Of a stretch of 64,000 bases of DNA, positions 43,292 to 56,910 are shown one piece after another. Every line of letters starts with the position of its first letter. The first letter of the stretch is position 1. The DNA comes from Octopus vulgaris (Eukaryota): the NCBI GenBank assembly GCA_951406725.2, contig OX597817.1:11284001-11348000 (forward strand). Direction: 5' to 3'. The position numbers and the translations under genes are program-made. Under the pieces are notes generated by a model. The model did not search any database, was not told where the DNA came from, and saw only the letters and a list, made by a program, of their open reading frames with translations.

Positions 43292-43713
43292 AGAGCAGGA
43301 GTGGCTGTGTGGTAAGTAGCTTGCTAACCAACCACATGGTTCCGGGTTCAGTCCCACTGCGTGGCATCTTGGGCAAGTGTCTTTTGCTATAGCCCCGGGC
43401 TGACCAATGCCTTGTGAGTGGATTTGGTAGACGGAAACTGAAAGAAGCCTGTCGTATATATGTATATATATATATGTGTGTGTATATGTGTTTGTGTGTC
43501 TATGTTTGTCCCCCTAGCATTGCTTGACAACCGATGCTGGTGTGTTTACGTCCCCGTCACTTAGCGGTTCAGCAAAAGAGACCGATAGAATAAGTATTGG
43601 GCTTACAAAGAATAAGTCCCGGGGTCGATTTGCTCCTCGGCTAAAGGTGGTGCTCCAGCATGGCCGCAGTCAAATGACTGAAACAAGTAAAAGAGTAAAA
43701 GAGTAAAGAGAGA
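43292..43713 (+). mobile_element. SINE family A
   Basis: Family match. Confidence 0.95.
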
Positions 43714-44032
43714 GGGTAAAAGTGAAAGAGTTTGCCGTTCATTCGCAAGAGTTAGCTTTGTAACATCTAGCTTACTTCGCAGAAGTTTGGGACTACTTCA
43801 CATATACTCTTCTATGTTTAGGCATGATTTAATATCTAGTAATGGCTGAATATATCATCGCTTTAGGCTTTATCAGATGGAATATAATTGATAAACTAAT
43901 ATCGTACCGATAAATATCTGGTTTCATATTCATACTTTTCAAATATTGCAGGTGAAAACAGAGTTGCGACGAAAATCTCAGTTTCAGTAGTTATATGAAC
44001 AAAGTATACACTACGAATGCACGCAAATGTAC

Positions 44033-44106
<74 letters not shown>

Positions 44107-44117
44107 CATAGATATTT

Positions 44118-44148
<31 letters not shown>

Positions 44149-44192
44149 CACGTGTACGCACATATGCCTAAGTGGATGTATGCGTGCGTATG

Positions 44193-44223
<31 letters not shown>

Positions 44224-44286
44224 ATGTTCTGAAATCTTTCACACCCTTGGATTTTTATCTCATTTTGTTAATTTATATATATATAC

Positions 44287-44347
<61 letters not shown>

Positions 44348-44364
44348 TGTACACACACACAAAC

Positions 44365-44441
<77 letters not shown>

Positions 44442-44719
44442 TACATATACGTAAATACACACGCAGTTGTATGTTTACATTTTATATGCGTATGTGTATA
44501 TGTGTGTGTGTCAGTGTCTGTGTATGCGTATGCATATGTACAAATGTTAACCTTATGCATACATATACCCCACATGCGTGTTTATAAATATACCACACAA
44601 GCGCATACACACTAACACACACACACACACACACATACACACTCACAAATATATAGGCACACTGCACGGTGCACAAAGGCATATGTTGCTTTACGGATGA
44701 ATGTCTAACACGAACTGCA

Positions 44720-45270
44720 GCGTTGCGTAAACGCCATTCACCATTAGGGGTGGATGAGAAAGAGGTCAAGGATGAAGTGTTTGTGCGTCGATCAAAAAAG
44801 CGTGTGTGCAATGATATTCACTCGTGCAGAGATTTCACGATGGAAAAGGTGGCTTTTACAGCAGCAACACTCAATATGTAAGAATGAAAACAACCTAGTG
44901 GAAGTTGAATGTTGTAGTCACCGAATATGACAACTTCTGAGACGATGATATGAGATATACAGCAGGAGAAATAAGGAAATTCAGAAGATGCAAGACATAA
45001 ATTTAGAAGGGAATGGCCTCTAACAAAGTAACGGTGATTGTTTTTCTTTTCAACCAGGGGTGTGCCGTCGATGCATGTAGAAATATAACGCAGGCTAGAC
45101 CTAACAATCGAGCTCTGGATAACCTTTATTGAAAGTGGATTGAAAGAATCTGGTGTGAGACCGATCATTTACGAAATCGATGACGCTTAGGATAAGATAA
45201 CGGTATATATGCAAATAAAACTAAGACTGATACTGAAGACGGTTCTGATAGAATATTAGAATTGATGAAA
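44720..45270 (-). mobile_element. Highly decayed LINE APE-endonuclease fragment (CR1/L2/Jockey-type)
   Basis: EVVIFGDYNI and downstream LDLFL motifs. Confidence 0.5.
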
Positions 45271-45432
45271 GTTAAAATTATACACAGTTAAAAACATTAT
45301 ACGCTGTGAATGATGAAGAAATTAAACGAGAAATAATGATTAAACATTTTAAAATCAGCACTTGTTCTTTTTCTTTGTTGAAGTTTGGATTAGACTAAAC
45401 TTAGTACTAGATCGCTAGGTTATCTAGATAAT

Positions 45433-45661
45433 TCTGTTGTGTCTGGGGAGAGTCATTTTCATTTTGTGCCTTATAATGTAACAGACTCACCGGTAAAATT
45501 TCCACTAAAAAAAAAAAAAAAAGAAATATGTGGAAATTTTACCGGTGTGTGTGTTACATTATAAGGCACAAAAAGAAAATGACTCTCCCCAGACACAACA
45601 GAATATGCTTCAACACACGAACTCATATAAAGAATCCTGCAAACCAAATCCCAAAACGAGA
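45433..45661 (+). mobile_element. Foldback + tail unit with 12-bp TSD (probable PLE remnant)
   Basis: Arms 45431-45505 / 45530-45604, ~55-nt tail, TATCTAGATAAT at 45421-45432 and 45662-45673. Confidence 0.7.
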
Positions 45662-46383
45662 TATCTAGATAATATTTGCTGAAAATAGATAGAATGAAGC
45701 TGGTATGAAACCGATGAATTACAACATAAACGTGGTACTGGGGTCTTCACGCAAGTTGAAGCTATAAGATCGGAACCTGTGATCTAGTGGCAGTTATCTT
45801 TTTCCAGAAACTTTACAGTACTGAAACACCTCGGTAGTTCACTGTTTTAAAATTTGTGTCAAGAAAGGGAAAAAATCAATGGATGATTATTTAAGTTGAA
45901 AAACTCAGCGTATAATATTAACTGCAAAATTTTGTGGTTGAAATGTATCCGTTATCGCCAACAATACTACATAAAAATGTTTCTAGCATTGCAACTGACT
46001 TGAATACAAATATATGATCCACTGTCTGTAAAGCACAATTATGAATATGATGGTGCGCGCCTGTCTATCATAAACGAATGTTTTAAATAATACTCTCACA
46101 GAACTAGATTCAGTTCAGATGAAAGCTTTCAGGGTCACTATATTTAATGAACTTGAAGCCAGAAAAGACAGCTATCTACAGTTTACATGAGAGGATTACG
46201 TTACTGCGTTTACATAACGTTATGAAATGAACGTACATTATATGTCTAGATTAGTATCATTATAACAGACGCTGAACTCTCAAAATGGAACTCTGTTCAT
46301 TCCCTTCAAAATCGACGACAACTGCAATCAATCTAACATAATATCGTGTTCCTTCTACGTTAGCAAATAGAATCGTCTTGTAT

Positions 46384-46595
46384 GGCGGCGAGCTGGCAGA
46401 ATCGTTAGCACGCTGGACGAAATGCTTGGCAGTATTTCGCAAACCGCTACGTTCTGAGTTCAAATCCCGCCGCGGTCGACTTTATCTTTCATCCTTTCGG
46501 GGTCGGTAAAACAAGCACCAGTGAAACATTGGAGTCCATGTAATCGACTAGTCTCCTCCCCCAAAATTTCAGGCCTTGTGCCTATAGTAGAAAAT
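46384..46595 (+). mobile_element. SINE family D
   Basis: Family match. Confidence 0.88.
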
Positions 46596-46674
46596 AGAAT
46601 CGCCCTGTTTCAAATGAATATTTTCCTCGGGTTAAAACAGTAACTGATTATTGTACAAAGATACACCGCACATA

Positions 46675-46886
46675 GGGCGGCGAGCTGGCAGAAATTCGTA
46701 GCCGTATTTCGTCTGACGTTACGTTCTGAGTTCAAATTCCGCCGAGGTTGACTTTGCCTTTCATCCTTTCGGGGTCGATAAATTAAGTACCAGTTACGCA
46801 CTGGGGTCGATGTAATCGACTTAATCCGTTTGTCTGTCCTTGTTTGTCCCCTCTGTGTTTGGCCCCTTGTGGGTAATAAAGAAATA
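46675..46886 (+). mobile_element. SINE family C with a deletion in the head
   Basis: Family match; TSD ATACA(C/T)CGCACAT. Confidence 0.92.
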
Positions 46887-47770
46887 AATACATCGCACAT
46901 TTAATTTAAATATTCCCAAACAGCGGCATCTCTTCTTTCCGTGTGGCATTATACCACAAATAAATTGCGTAACCAACGGCAACTCTTCATATTTATTTAT
47001 AAAACAAACTTCACAAACAAGAATTGTATGATTGAAACGATTAATAAAATCCATCGAAAGATTTTTCACAGCCAATTAACATATTCTTACGGAAAACTTA
47101 ACAAAATAAACTTCGTATGTTATCTTTTATTCAATAGAGTAACGAGGATAGACAAATTTCGATTCGAAAAAGATTAATCGACTATTCATTGTTTCCATCC
47201 ACTTATTTATGGGGTACCGTACGTTGAAGTGAGTCAGTTACATTAAAATCAGACTTCAAGAAATAGGTATTCTTCATTACTGTAAGCAGATGCGGCATCG
47301 TGTAAATAACAGGTACTTCTCTAGCTTACTCTGATGAAGTCAACATTCTAGCACAAAAGTCACTTAGAAGAAACATAGATTTGGCATTTTGGCGATGTTA
47401 AGGTGAATGATAGTATGTGGCATTTATGCCGTTTCCATACACATTGGTTAATCACAAGCAGTAGGGTAAATCAAATTCAACTCCATTTCTGATATTTAGC
47501 ATTCCTGAAAATGATGAGAAAAAGATTACATCGCGGTTATGGTTGAATAAAAAGTATGAATATCACAATATTCAATGTTTCTTTTTCATAAAACATATGG
47601 CTTTTGCAAGTTAATCAAAGGATACATATTTTTAAAACTTGCTTCTGCATACTGTAGGTATATATGTATGTATGTATGTATGCATGTATGTATGTATGTA
47701 TGTATGTATGTACGTATGTATGTATGTATGTATGTATGTATGTATGTATGTATGTATGTATGTATGCGTG

Positions 47771-47799
<29 letters not shown>

Positions 47800-47807
<8 letters not shown>

Positions 47808-48251
47808 CAAAATAAAAACAAAGGATTTAGCGGTAGATATGTTTCTGGTTTTTATTAGACGGTTTATATCAATGCATAATTGATGTAATTTGTATGTCAA
47901 TAGCCTTCTTCAGCCGCGTACAATTACTACTCCAAGGACATGTATTACATTATAAGTTTTACGTTGGGGATGCAAATCCTCATAGCCGTGTACAACAGAG
48001 CGAGGCACCAAAACAAAATCAAAGCGTCCATCCCGTTTTTCACTCGATGTAGAAGGCTGAAGAAGGCTATTGACATACAAATTACAGCAATTATGCATTG
48101 ATATAAACCGTCTAATAAAAGCCAGAAACATACGTACCGCTAAATCCATTGCATCATGTTTTTTTTTTGATAAATATACTCTATCACCTACACCACTAAA
48201 TGGCATATACATGTGCTTACAATTATCAAGTATTCACCCTGAATTTTTTGT
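47800..48251 (+). mobile_element. PLE foldback remnant in (TA)n: inverted arms, ~137-nt spacer, tail; hammerhead-like motif in both arms
   Basis: Arms ~47800-47915 / 48055-48178; consensus GCGG CUGAAGA A GGCU..AGCC A GAAAC AUAC GUA CCGC. Confidence 0.75.
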
Positions 48252-48300
48252 ATATATATATATATATGTATACATACACTCACACACACACCATACATAC

Positions 48301-48362
<62 letters not shown>

Positions 48363-48363
48363 G

Positions 48364-48736
48364 TAGGTGTAGCTGTGTGTTAGAAAGAAAGCTTGAGCAA
48401 ATGTCTTCTACCGTAGCCTCGAGTTGACAGAAGCCTTGTGAGTGGATTTGTTAGACTGGAACTGAAAAAAGCCCGTCGTATACATATATACGTACATATC
48501 TATGTGTGTGTGTGCATCTCTGTGTCTGTGTTTGTCCTTCACTACCGCTATACAAGCAGTGTTGATGTGTTTACGTCTGAGTAACTTAACAATTCAGCAA
48601 AATAAAAAATAAATGATAGATTAAATACAAGGCTCAAAAAAGTCTTGGGTTTGAATTGTTCGACTAAAAATCACTTCAAGGCGCGACCCAGGCATGGTCG
48701 CAGTGAAATGACTGAAACAAGTAAAAGATAAAAGAT
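48364..48736 (+). mobile_element. SINE family A, diverged
   Basis: Family match. Confidence 0.8.
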
Positions 48737-49112
48737 ATTACTCTTTTACTCATTTACTCGCTTCTGGCACGCATCTGTAGTCACACACACACACACAACA
48801 CTAATCTCAACAATATTGTTAGCCTGGTGTGACAACAGAGAGCTTATGAAGTATTTTGCCCGGTTTGATAATTCCTCACTATTAGTTATATAAAGAGGAA
48901 AAAGTTTAGAGAAAGAACAAAATTCTTTCTTATCCACCTATTTTATAAGAGCACAGTATGAATGAACTTTCTATGATGTACATTTGTTATGATCTTCACC
49001 GAACATTTACGTTGATATTATTATACTTCCCATTGAAATTCATTGAAATTTTTGTAAATATTTGAAGACTAGATGGTTTAAACTCGTTTGTCCAATTTTT
49101 ACCTTGCAACTT

Positions 49113-49653
49113 TAAACATCCAGTCAACCTCATGATATTTGGAGTCATCATTAGCGATGGCTAAGCGATGCCTTCACTCGTCTTCCCACACGGCCTAAGA
49201 CACAAAACAGCGGCCTACATCAAGTGCCTGGAGGAGGTAGTGCTACCCTTGGTTCAGATGGTGGTTGCAGGAGGATCCTATATCTGGTAACATGACTCTT
49301 CTCCATGTCTGGTCACCTAACTCTCCTGACTGCAACCCCCTTGGTTATTATGTGTGGGGCGCTGTTGAGCGAGAGACCAATAAAACTCCTGGTAACACTA
49401 AAAATGAACTGAAAGCAAGGATTATGGCAGCATTCACCAACTTAAATGAGGAAACCACCCAAAAGAGCTACAGGACATTCTGAAGTCGTGTGGATCTCTG
49501 GTAGAAGCCAAGGGCGATTTTATTGAATAAATTTACTTTTTACTATTTCAAGATATTTGTATGTAATTTTGGTATATATATCTGTTAAAATGAGATGTCA
49601 GTGTTATTTCCATTTTTACGTAAATTAGACGATATTTTATTCACTACCCCCTG
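49113..49653 (+). mobile_element. 3' fragment of the same Tc1/mariner family as 23778-25013
   Basis: VWSPNSPDCNPLGYYVWGAVERETNKTP..ELKARIMAAF; ends in TIR-like ..CCCCTG|TA. Confidence 0.88.
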
Positions 49654-49784
49654 TATATATTTACAAGGATAGGCTGACAGCGACGTCCAACTTTCGACTT
49701 ATTTACTTTCATCAGAGTACGTCTTAGTTCGATTCTCCAAAGCTAATACGTAATTTATAGAGAGTTTCTTTGTGTATAGCTTTA

Positions 49785-49974
49785 TCTATCTTTTACTTGT
49801 TTCAGTCATTGGACTGTAGCTATGCTGGAGCACCACCTTGAAGGATTTAGTTAAATAACCCATCACTCATCTTATGTTTAGGTGGTGTAATTCTGTCCGC
49901 CTCCTTTGCCGTACCGTTGTATTACGGAGACAATATTGCGGGCAACAAACACATTTAGAAAATTGCACACACAC

Positions 49975-50020
<46 letters not shown>

Positions 50021-50152
50021 CACGGCTTCTTTCAGTTTCTATGTACGAAATCCACTCTCAAGGCATGGGTTTTGCCCGGGACAAAACGCAGTGGGACTAA
50101 GCCCTGGACAACATAGGTGGAACGCAAGCTTCTTACCACACAGCAACGCCTG
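49785..50152 (-). mobile_element. SINE family A, diverged
   Basis: Family match. Confidence 0.75.
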
Positions 50153-50196
50153 CACATATGTGTATCCATATATAATATATTATATATATATATATA

Positions 50197-50429
50197 TATT
50201 TCTTTACTGTCCACAAAGGGTTAAACATAGAGGGGACAAACAAGGACAGACAAAAGGATTAAGTCGATTACATCGACCCCAGTGCGTAACTGGTACTTTA
50301 TTTATCGACCCCGAAAGGATGAAAGGCAAAGTCGACCTCGGCGGAATTTGAAATCAGAACGTAACGGCGGGCGAAATACGGCTACGCATTTCGCCCGGCG
50401 TGCTAACGTTTCTGCCAGCTCACCGCCCA
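50197..50429 (-). mobile_element. SINE family C
   Basis: Family match. Confidence 0.93.
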
Positions 50430-50434
50430 TTATA

Positions 50435-50937
50435 AGGTTATAAGAGGTAATGGTGTCATTGAGACCCAAAGCTGTCAGGTAGTGCTGAATAAGTGCTATA
50501 GACAGACCATAGTTAAGTTCTAGAGAGTAATATCTCTCCGAATTAGTCACATCTGTATCATAATAATGAAAGTTGCTTTGGCGGTCTTTCATTTCGACTT
50601 GCAGAGTTGTCATCTGCGGTCCCGGAATCATATGCTTGATTAGCAAGCTACTTACCACACAGCCACTCCTCGCCTATATATAAATAAATAAATAAATAAA
50701 TAAATTAATTAATTAATAAACAAAATAATATATAAATATAAAAATATACATACACATATATATATATTTGTATATATATATTTAAAATTTATAAGTTTAA
50801 ATTATTTTAATAATTTTTTAATTTTTAACTTTTATACATATAAATTAATTTTATGTATTGGCTTATGTTTTTCACTGTTTGATTTGCCTAATAGTGGTTT
50901 TATCTCTAATTTAATATAATATATACACACACACACA

Positions 50938-50993
<56 letters not shown>

Positions 50994-51303
50994 CAAATAT
51001 ATATATATGCACACAGACACAAATATATGCACACAGACACAAATATATACATACATACATATAGGCGAGGAGTGGCTGTGTGGTAAGTAGCTTGCTAATC
51101 AAGCATATGATTCCGGGAACGCAGATGACAGCTCTGCAAGTCGAAATGAAAGACCGCCAAAGCAACTTTCATTATTATGATACAGATGTGACTAATTCGG
51201 AGAGATATTACTTTCTAGAACTTAACTATGGTCTGTCTATAGCCCTTATTCAGCACTACCTGACAGCTTTGGGTCTCAATGACACCATTACCTCTTATAA
51301 CCT
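50435..51303. repeat. Young ~245-bp inverted duplication (50435-50680 / 51058-51303)
   Basis: About 4 mismatches by eye; ORFs 50302..50658(-) and 51080..51448(+) translate almost identically. Confidence 0.95.
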
Positions 51304-51310
51304 CAATTTC

Positions 51311-51371
<61 letters not shown>

Positions 51372-51376
51372 ACATG

Positions 51377-51422
<46 letters not shown>

Positions 51423-51463
51423 TAGGAAGCAAGTTTCTCATCACATAGCCTTACCTGCGCCTC

Positions 51464-51537
<74 letters not shown>

Positions 51538-51555
51538 TGTGTGTGCTTCTGTGTG

Positions 51556-51708
51556 TATACGACGAGCTTCTTTTAATTTCTGTCTACCAAATCCACTCAT
51601 AAGGCTTTGGTCCGCCCGAGGGTATAGTAGAGGACACCTGCCCAAGATGTCGCGCAGTAGGACAGAACCTGAAATCACGTAGTTTGGAAGCGAACTTCTT
51701 ACCACACA
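51556..51708 (-). mobile_element. SINE family A 5' half, diverged
   Basis: Family match. Confidence 0.8.
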
Positions 51709-52255
51709 TGTAGGTTTTAAAACAAAATCAATTATTAAGAAATATTTTCTGAAGCCTTGATTACGCTTTAGTGAGAGCGTATAATGTATTTCTAAGTGTC
51801 AGCAATTACGTCTTGAAATTTGTATGCGTAGCAATATATTTAAAGCCCATCTTTTTTTTAAAAAAAAGATTTATATATATATATATAAAACAGGCATTAA
51901 CTGTGAAAAAAACTGAACTTAATACAGCAGCATCTTTATTTTTTAAGGTATATATTTTATAGAGGTAAAACGATAAATTCAGGAATTCGGTAGAACTGGT
52001 TTTTCATATGACCGTTTTCCTAAAATAAATAGGGTTTAAGTTGTGTTCGTGTGTGCGGGCGTTTGTGTAGATACTCAAGATTTATTGATGGAATGAATGA
52101 CTGGAACGAAAGCAAAACTATTAATTAGTTAAAGAGTTATATTTACAGTTATAGCTACAATTATTAACATATGTCAATAGTCATTCTTCAAAGTATACGT
52201 ATGCAATAAAAATACGTAAAACATATGTGTTAGTTTTGTTATGTGTGCGTCTGTG

Positions 52256-52289
<34 letters not shown>

Positions 52290-52532
52290 TGTATGTATGT
52301 ATGTATGTATGTGTATGTTTTAACTACGTACACATATTGTGCATGCAAGCAGACTACACACTCATACACACATACGGACACTCACACGCATGTAAACATA
52401 TCCACGCGCACGAAGGCCTATTCAAATATATACATATATGAGTTTATGTGTGTGTGTGTGTACGCATATATATGTATTTATATATGTATATATATGTGTG
52501 TATATGTATATATATATATGTATATATATATA

Positions 52533-52581
<49 letters not shown>

Positions 52582-52597
52582 TTATTTATATATATAT

Positions 52598-52796
52598 AAA
52601 GTTAATCCAAACATAAAAACACCAAGAGAAGACACAACAACGAGAGGACGTGGAACAAATACAGTATTATTGGACGCTCAGGAAGGAAGGGAAGAAGGAG
52701 GGTTTTACGTTTCGAGCGGAGCTCTTCGTCAGAAACATAGGAAAAGGAAAGATCCAGAGAAGGGAAGTCGGAGGAAAATAATCGCCAACGGTACAA
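52598..52796 (-). mobile_element. PLE 3' end (pLTR/tail) embedded in (TA)n
   Basis: Contains a canonical minimal hammerhead; TA tracts on both sides. Confidence 0.75.
52702..52736 (-). ncRNA. Minimal type I hammerhead ribozyme motif
   Basis: GUUU CUGACGA A GAGC-UCC-GCUC GAAAC GUA AAAC. Confidence 0.85.
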
Positions 52797-53272
52797 TATA
52801 TATATGGAACGCGCATTAACTGAAAATAAAAACTCAACTTAATACAACAGCATATTCATTTTTTTAACCTGGAGACACTAAAAGAACTGAAAATGATCTC
52901 CAAGTTCACAGTCTCAGCCAACAAAATCGACGAGATACAGACCTACACTAAGGAAACGCTTGAAGAAGGAAGAAAATGGAAGAAACAGCAGTGATCCGAA
53001 CCCTCAACCGGTTATGTAAAACTATAGAAACAGTGATGCTCCGGAAGCTGGAACAAAATCCAAAGACTAAACAAGAATATGACATCAACTTGCATCGAGA
53101 AACCTCTGCAATCGAAAACACCATTAAGCATTATGGAACCAAAACTTCACAGCCCATAAATTTGCCTTTCGTTAAACATAATAACAAAGCGGAAATATAT
53201 GGAAAATGGCTCAATCCAACACTGATCATCCTCCTAAAGAAACTACAAATAAAACCTATCGGTAATGAACAG

Positions 53273-53508
53273 AAGGCGGTGAGCTGGCAGAAACGTTAGC
53301 AAGCGGGGCGAAATGCGTAGCCGTATATCGTCTGCCGTTACGTTCTGAGTTCAAATTCCGCCGAGGTCAACTTTGCCTTTCATCCTTTCGGGGTCGATAA
53401 ATTAAGTACCAGTTACGCACTGGGGTCGATGTAATCGACTTAATCCGTTTGTCTGTCCTTGTTTGTCCCCTCTATGTTTAGCCCCTTGTGGGTAATAAAG
53501 AAATAGGT
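53273..53508 (+). mobile_element. SINE family C
   Basis: TSD GGTAATGAACAG (53261-53272, 53506-53517). Confidence 0.95.
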
Positions 53509-54340
53509 AATGAACAGCTTAGAAAAAAGATGGTTCGCGACAAATTCAGAGTGGGAACCCAGCTGTTACGGCTAAGAGCAAATTCGAACGAAGAAAAGTT
53601 TTAAACGATTGATGCCCAAATGCAAACAGAAATTATTGTCATACAAAGTCCAAACCAAGACTTAACAAACTTTAACAGATTACATACACAAATAACTATT
53701 CACACACAAAATTCATTCTGCCACTTATCATGAGGAAGCTACACTGAAAACAACCTAAATCTTAGCCATTGGACTACATACAAACGACTCCTGTCAATTC
53801 TCCCACCAGACAGATTAAATTTAGAGCACCTTGATTATAACTAAACAACTTCATTCAACCGTATCGGCTGTTTTTAGGCGCAAAATAACCTGTCACGTGA
53901 CGCCAACGCACGGACGTAGCGGGAGACGTATAGAAAGGTTATAAACTTAATCATGCGTTGATTGTCTACAAATACTTGACAGAAAACATTCAGAGTACTG
54001 GTTGTTTGAACTTGTTCAGTCAATTGTGTCAGCCTTAACTTACGACGCCAAACATTGTCACTTGATACTAACACACGGATGCTTGGCACTAACTGGATAC
54101 TACTTGATACTGACACAAGGCTTTTGTCGGGTAGAGGCTACAGTAGAAGACACTAGCCTAAGTTGCCGCGCAGTGCGACTGAATCCGGAAACATGTGGTT
54201 GGGAAAGAAGCTTCTTGCCACCCAGTCACGCCTAAGTAAAAAGACATTTTTATATACTTATAGGTGCGTCTATCTCAATTGATACATCTATCTGTATAGC
54301 TATATTCTTCTATATGTACGTATGTGCGTGCGTATGTGTA

Positions 54341-54386
<46 letters not shown>

Positions 54387-54537
54387 TGTGTGTGTATGTT
54401 CTGTACGTATATGTGTATGTATATGTATATACGTATAGATATATTTTATGTGTATATCTATGCATCCTTACACACACAGACACACATACATACATACACA
54501 CACATACATACATACATTCATACATACATATATATAT

Positions 54538-54622
<85 letters not shown>

Positions 54623-55360
54623 GTCAAATAAGAATGAAATGTACGATTTTGAATTGAAAATTTATTTTACTTTATCTCAACAAAAAGCAATGCAGTTGAT
54701 GAAACTATGCACCTAAATTATCAACTCAATTTTTCCATTTTGTCTGTATCTTATTTATGCCGGCGGAGAAGAATTCTGGAGAGCAAGAGGTGATGAAATC
54801 ATGAAAAGCAGTTTTTGCATCTTATTCAGGTTTGAAGTTCGTTCAGTTCGTGTGGTCCCCGCTTGTCCAGCCTCTTTATTTTGCCAATTTCTTTCAGATG
54901 GTACAATACAGTTGGAATCGAAACATCAAACCTTGCTACTAACTCACAGATTGAGATGTATCCTCTTCCACTACAGTATCCAGCTCATCATTAAACACCT
55001 TGGTCTCAGGTCTACCACAGGGCTGATTTTCAAAAGTAAAGTCACCAGACCGGAAATTCTCTAAGCATCGACGTACAGCGCACACATTCGCCATATCTTC
55101 ACTAAACACCTCATCGACGTTTCGATCTGTCTGGGATGGATTAGGAAAAACTTATTTACAAGAGAAAACTCACAATATATCAGACACCATGAATTGCTTT
55201 TCAAAAGTGATTATGTAACTCTTCAATGTTATAAAACAAAGAATTGTCAGGATAAAACGTTTCAGTTCACAACTGTCAAACTTGGTGCATAAGAAAATCG
55301 CTCATTTCATTCTTAATGACCTGACACACACACATGCGCGTGCGCGGTCTCGTATATATA

Positions 55361-55882
<522 letters not shown>

Positions 55883-55895
55883 TGTATGTATCTAT

Positions 55896-56442
55896 GTCAG
55901 GTCACCTTCGAGTGCTACTGGTAACATGTAACCTAGTACAACCTGTTGCATGGTCGGGTCGTCGGCGATTAAACCGGCAACCCCACCAAGCTTGCTTGGT
56001 GAGGAGGGTGTTTATTGGACACCCTGCGGGATGAAAAACAAAACCCGTCAAAGGGCGGAGGACCTCTTGAGAGTCAACGGCCATCCAATAAATGTTAGCA
56101 CGGGTACGTAGAAGTTCCGGGGTGGTGTCTGGCGTGCTGAAAGACCACTGGGAGTGAGGCGCCCCTCAGCTTTTGTTAAAGCACGTCTCTAGGAGAAGGT
56201 CACTCTGATATAAAACCAGATATGCAGGGAATGGCATTGAACATTTTGGGGGATCTTTGGTTTGTGCTAGAGATCACGGCGCTCCCACATCCCTGAGCCT
56301 GCGACTCATACCCTGCGACTCATATTGGCACCAGACATCTTGCTCCGGCTTGTCTCTGGATAATGTCATTAGAGTGGAGAGGGTCTATGAGGTGTTGTGC
56401 AAGCCTTATTGGACCTAAAACTCTGCACAGGCATTGCCGACC
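55896..56442 (+). mobile_element. GC-richer element resembling an RTE 5' UTR
   Basis: TCTAGGAGAAGGTCACTCTGATATAAAACC resembles a motif I recall from RTE 5' UTRs; bounded by microsatellites. Confidence 0.5.
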
Positions 56443-56479
<37 letters not shown>

Positions 56480-56851
56480 TTTAGTATATATTTTCTTCAT
56501 CATGTATCTATGTAACTCCATGTGGATTTACACACCGAAAGGTCTTTAATTGGAGCTCTGTGTCGATCGACACACAAGGACGCAAAGCCCAAGACGAATA
56601 CAAAAAACGCCTGAGTGGGATGAGAAATACCTCAAGAGTCTATTATTATTCTCTTACCTCTTAAACAATCGCGATAAACTTAGAAAGTTTTCGTTTTACG
56701 TCCCTTTCTCCAAAACTGTTGTGATCAACAGATATACATACTTAAACCACACACACGCGTGATTATATATAGATAAATACGCAAATCACTTATGTCTGTT
56801 TTGTGTGTGTGTGTCTCTGATTGTCTGTCCTAGAACACTTGTGTACAAGTG

Positions 56852-56908
<57 letters not shown>

Positions 56909-56910
<2 letters not shown>

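Noticed and set aside
49682-49720. Minus-strand CTGATGA..GTCGAAA motif
   Set aside because: Stems II and III do not pair
51113-51160. GAC..GTC-GAAA hammerhead-like remnant in the inverted duplication arm
   Set aside because: Core is degenerate and stem III is absent
55896-55945. Possible HDV-like ribozyme at the start of the RTE-5'UTR-like element
   Set aside because: P2/P3/P4-like pairings can be drawn but there is no P1 or P1.1
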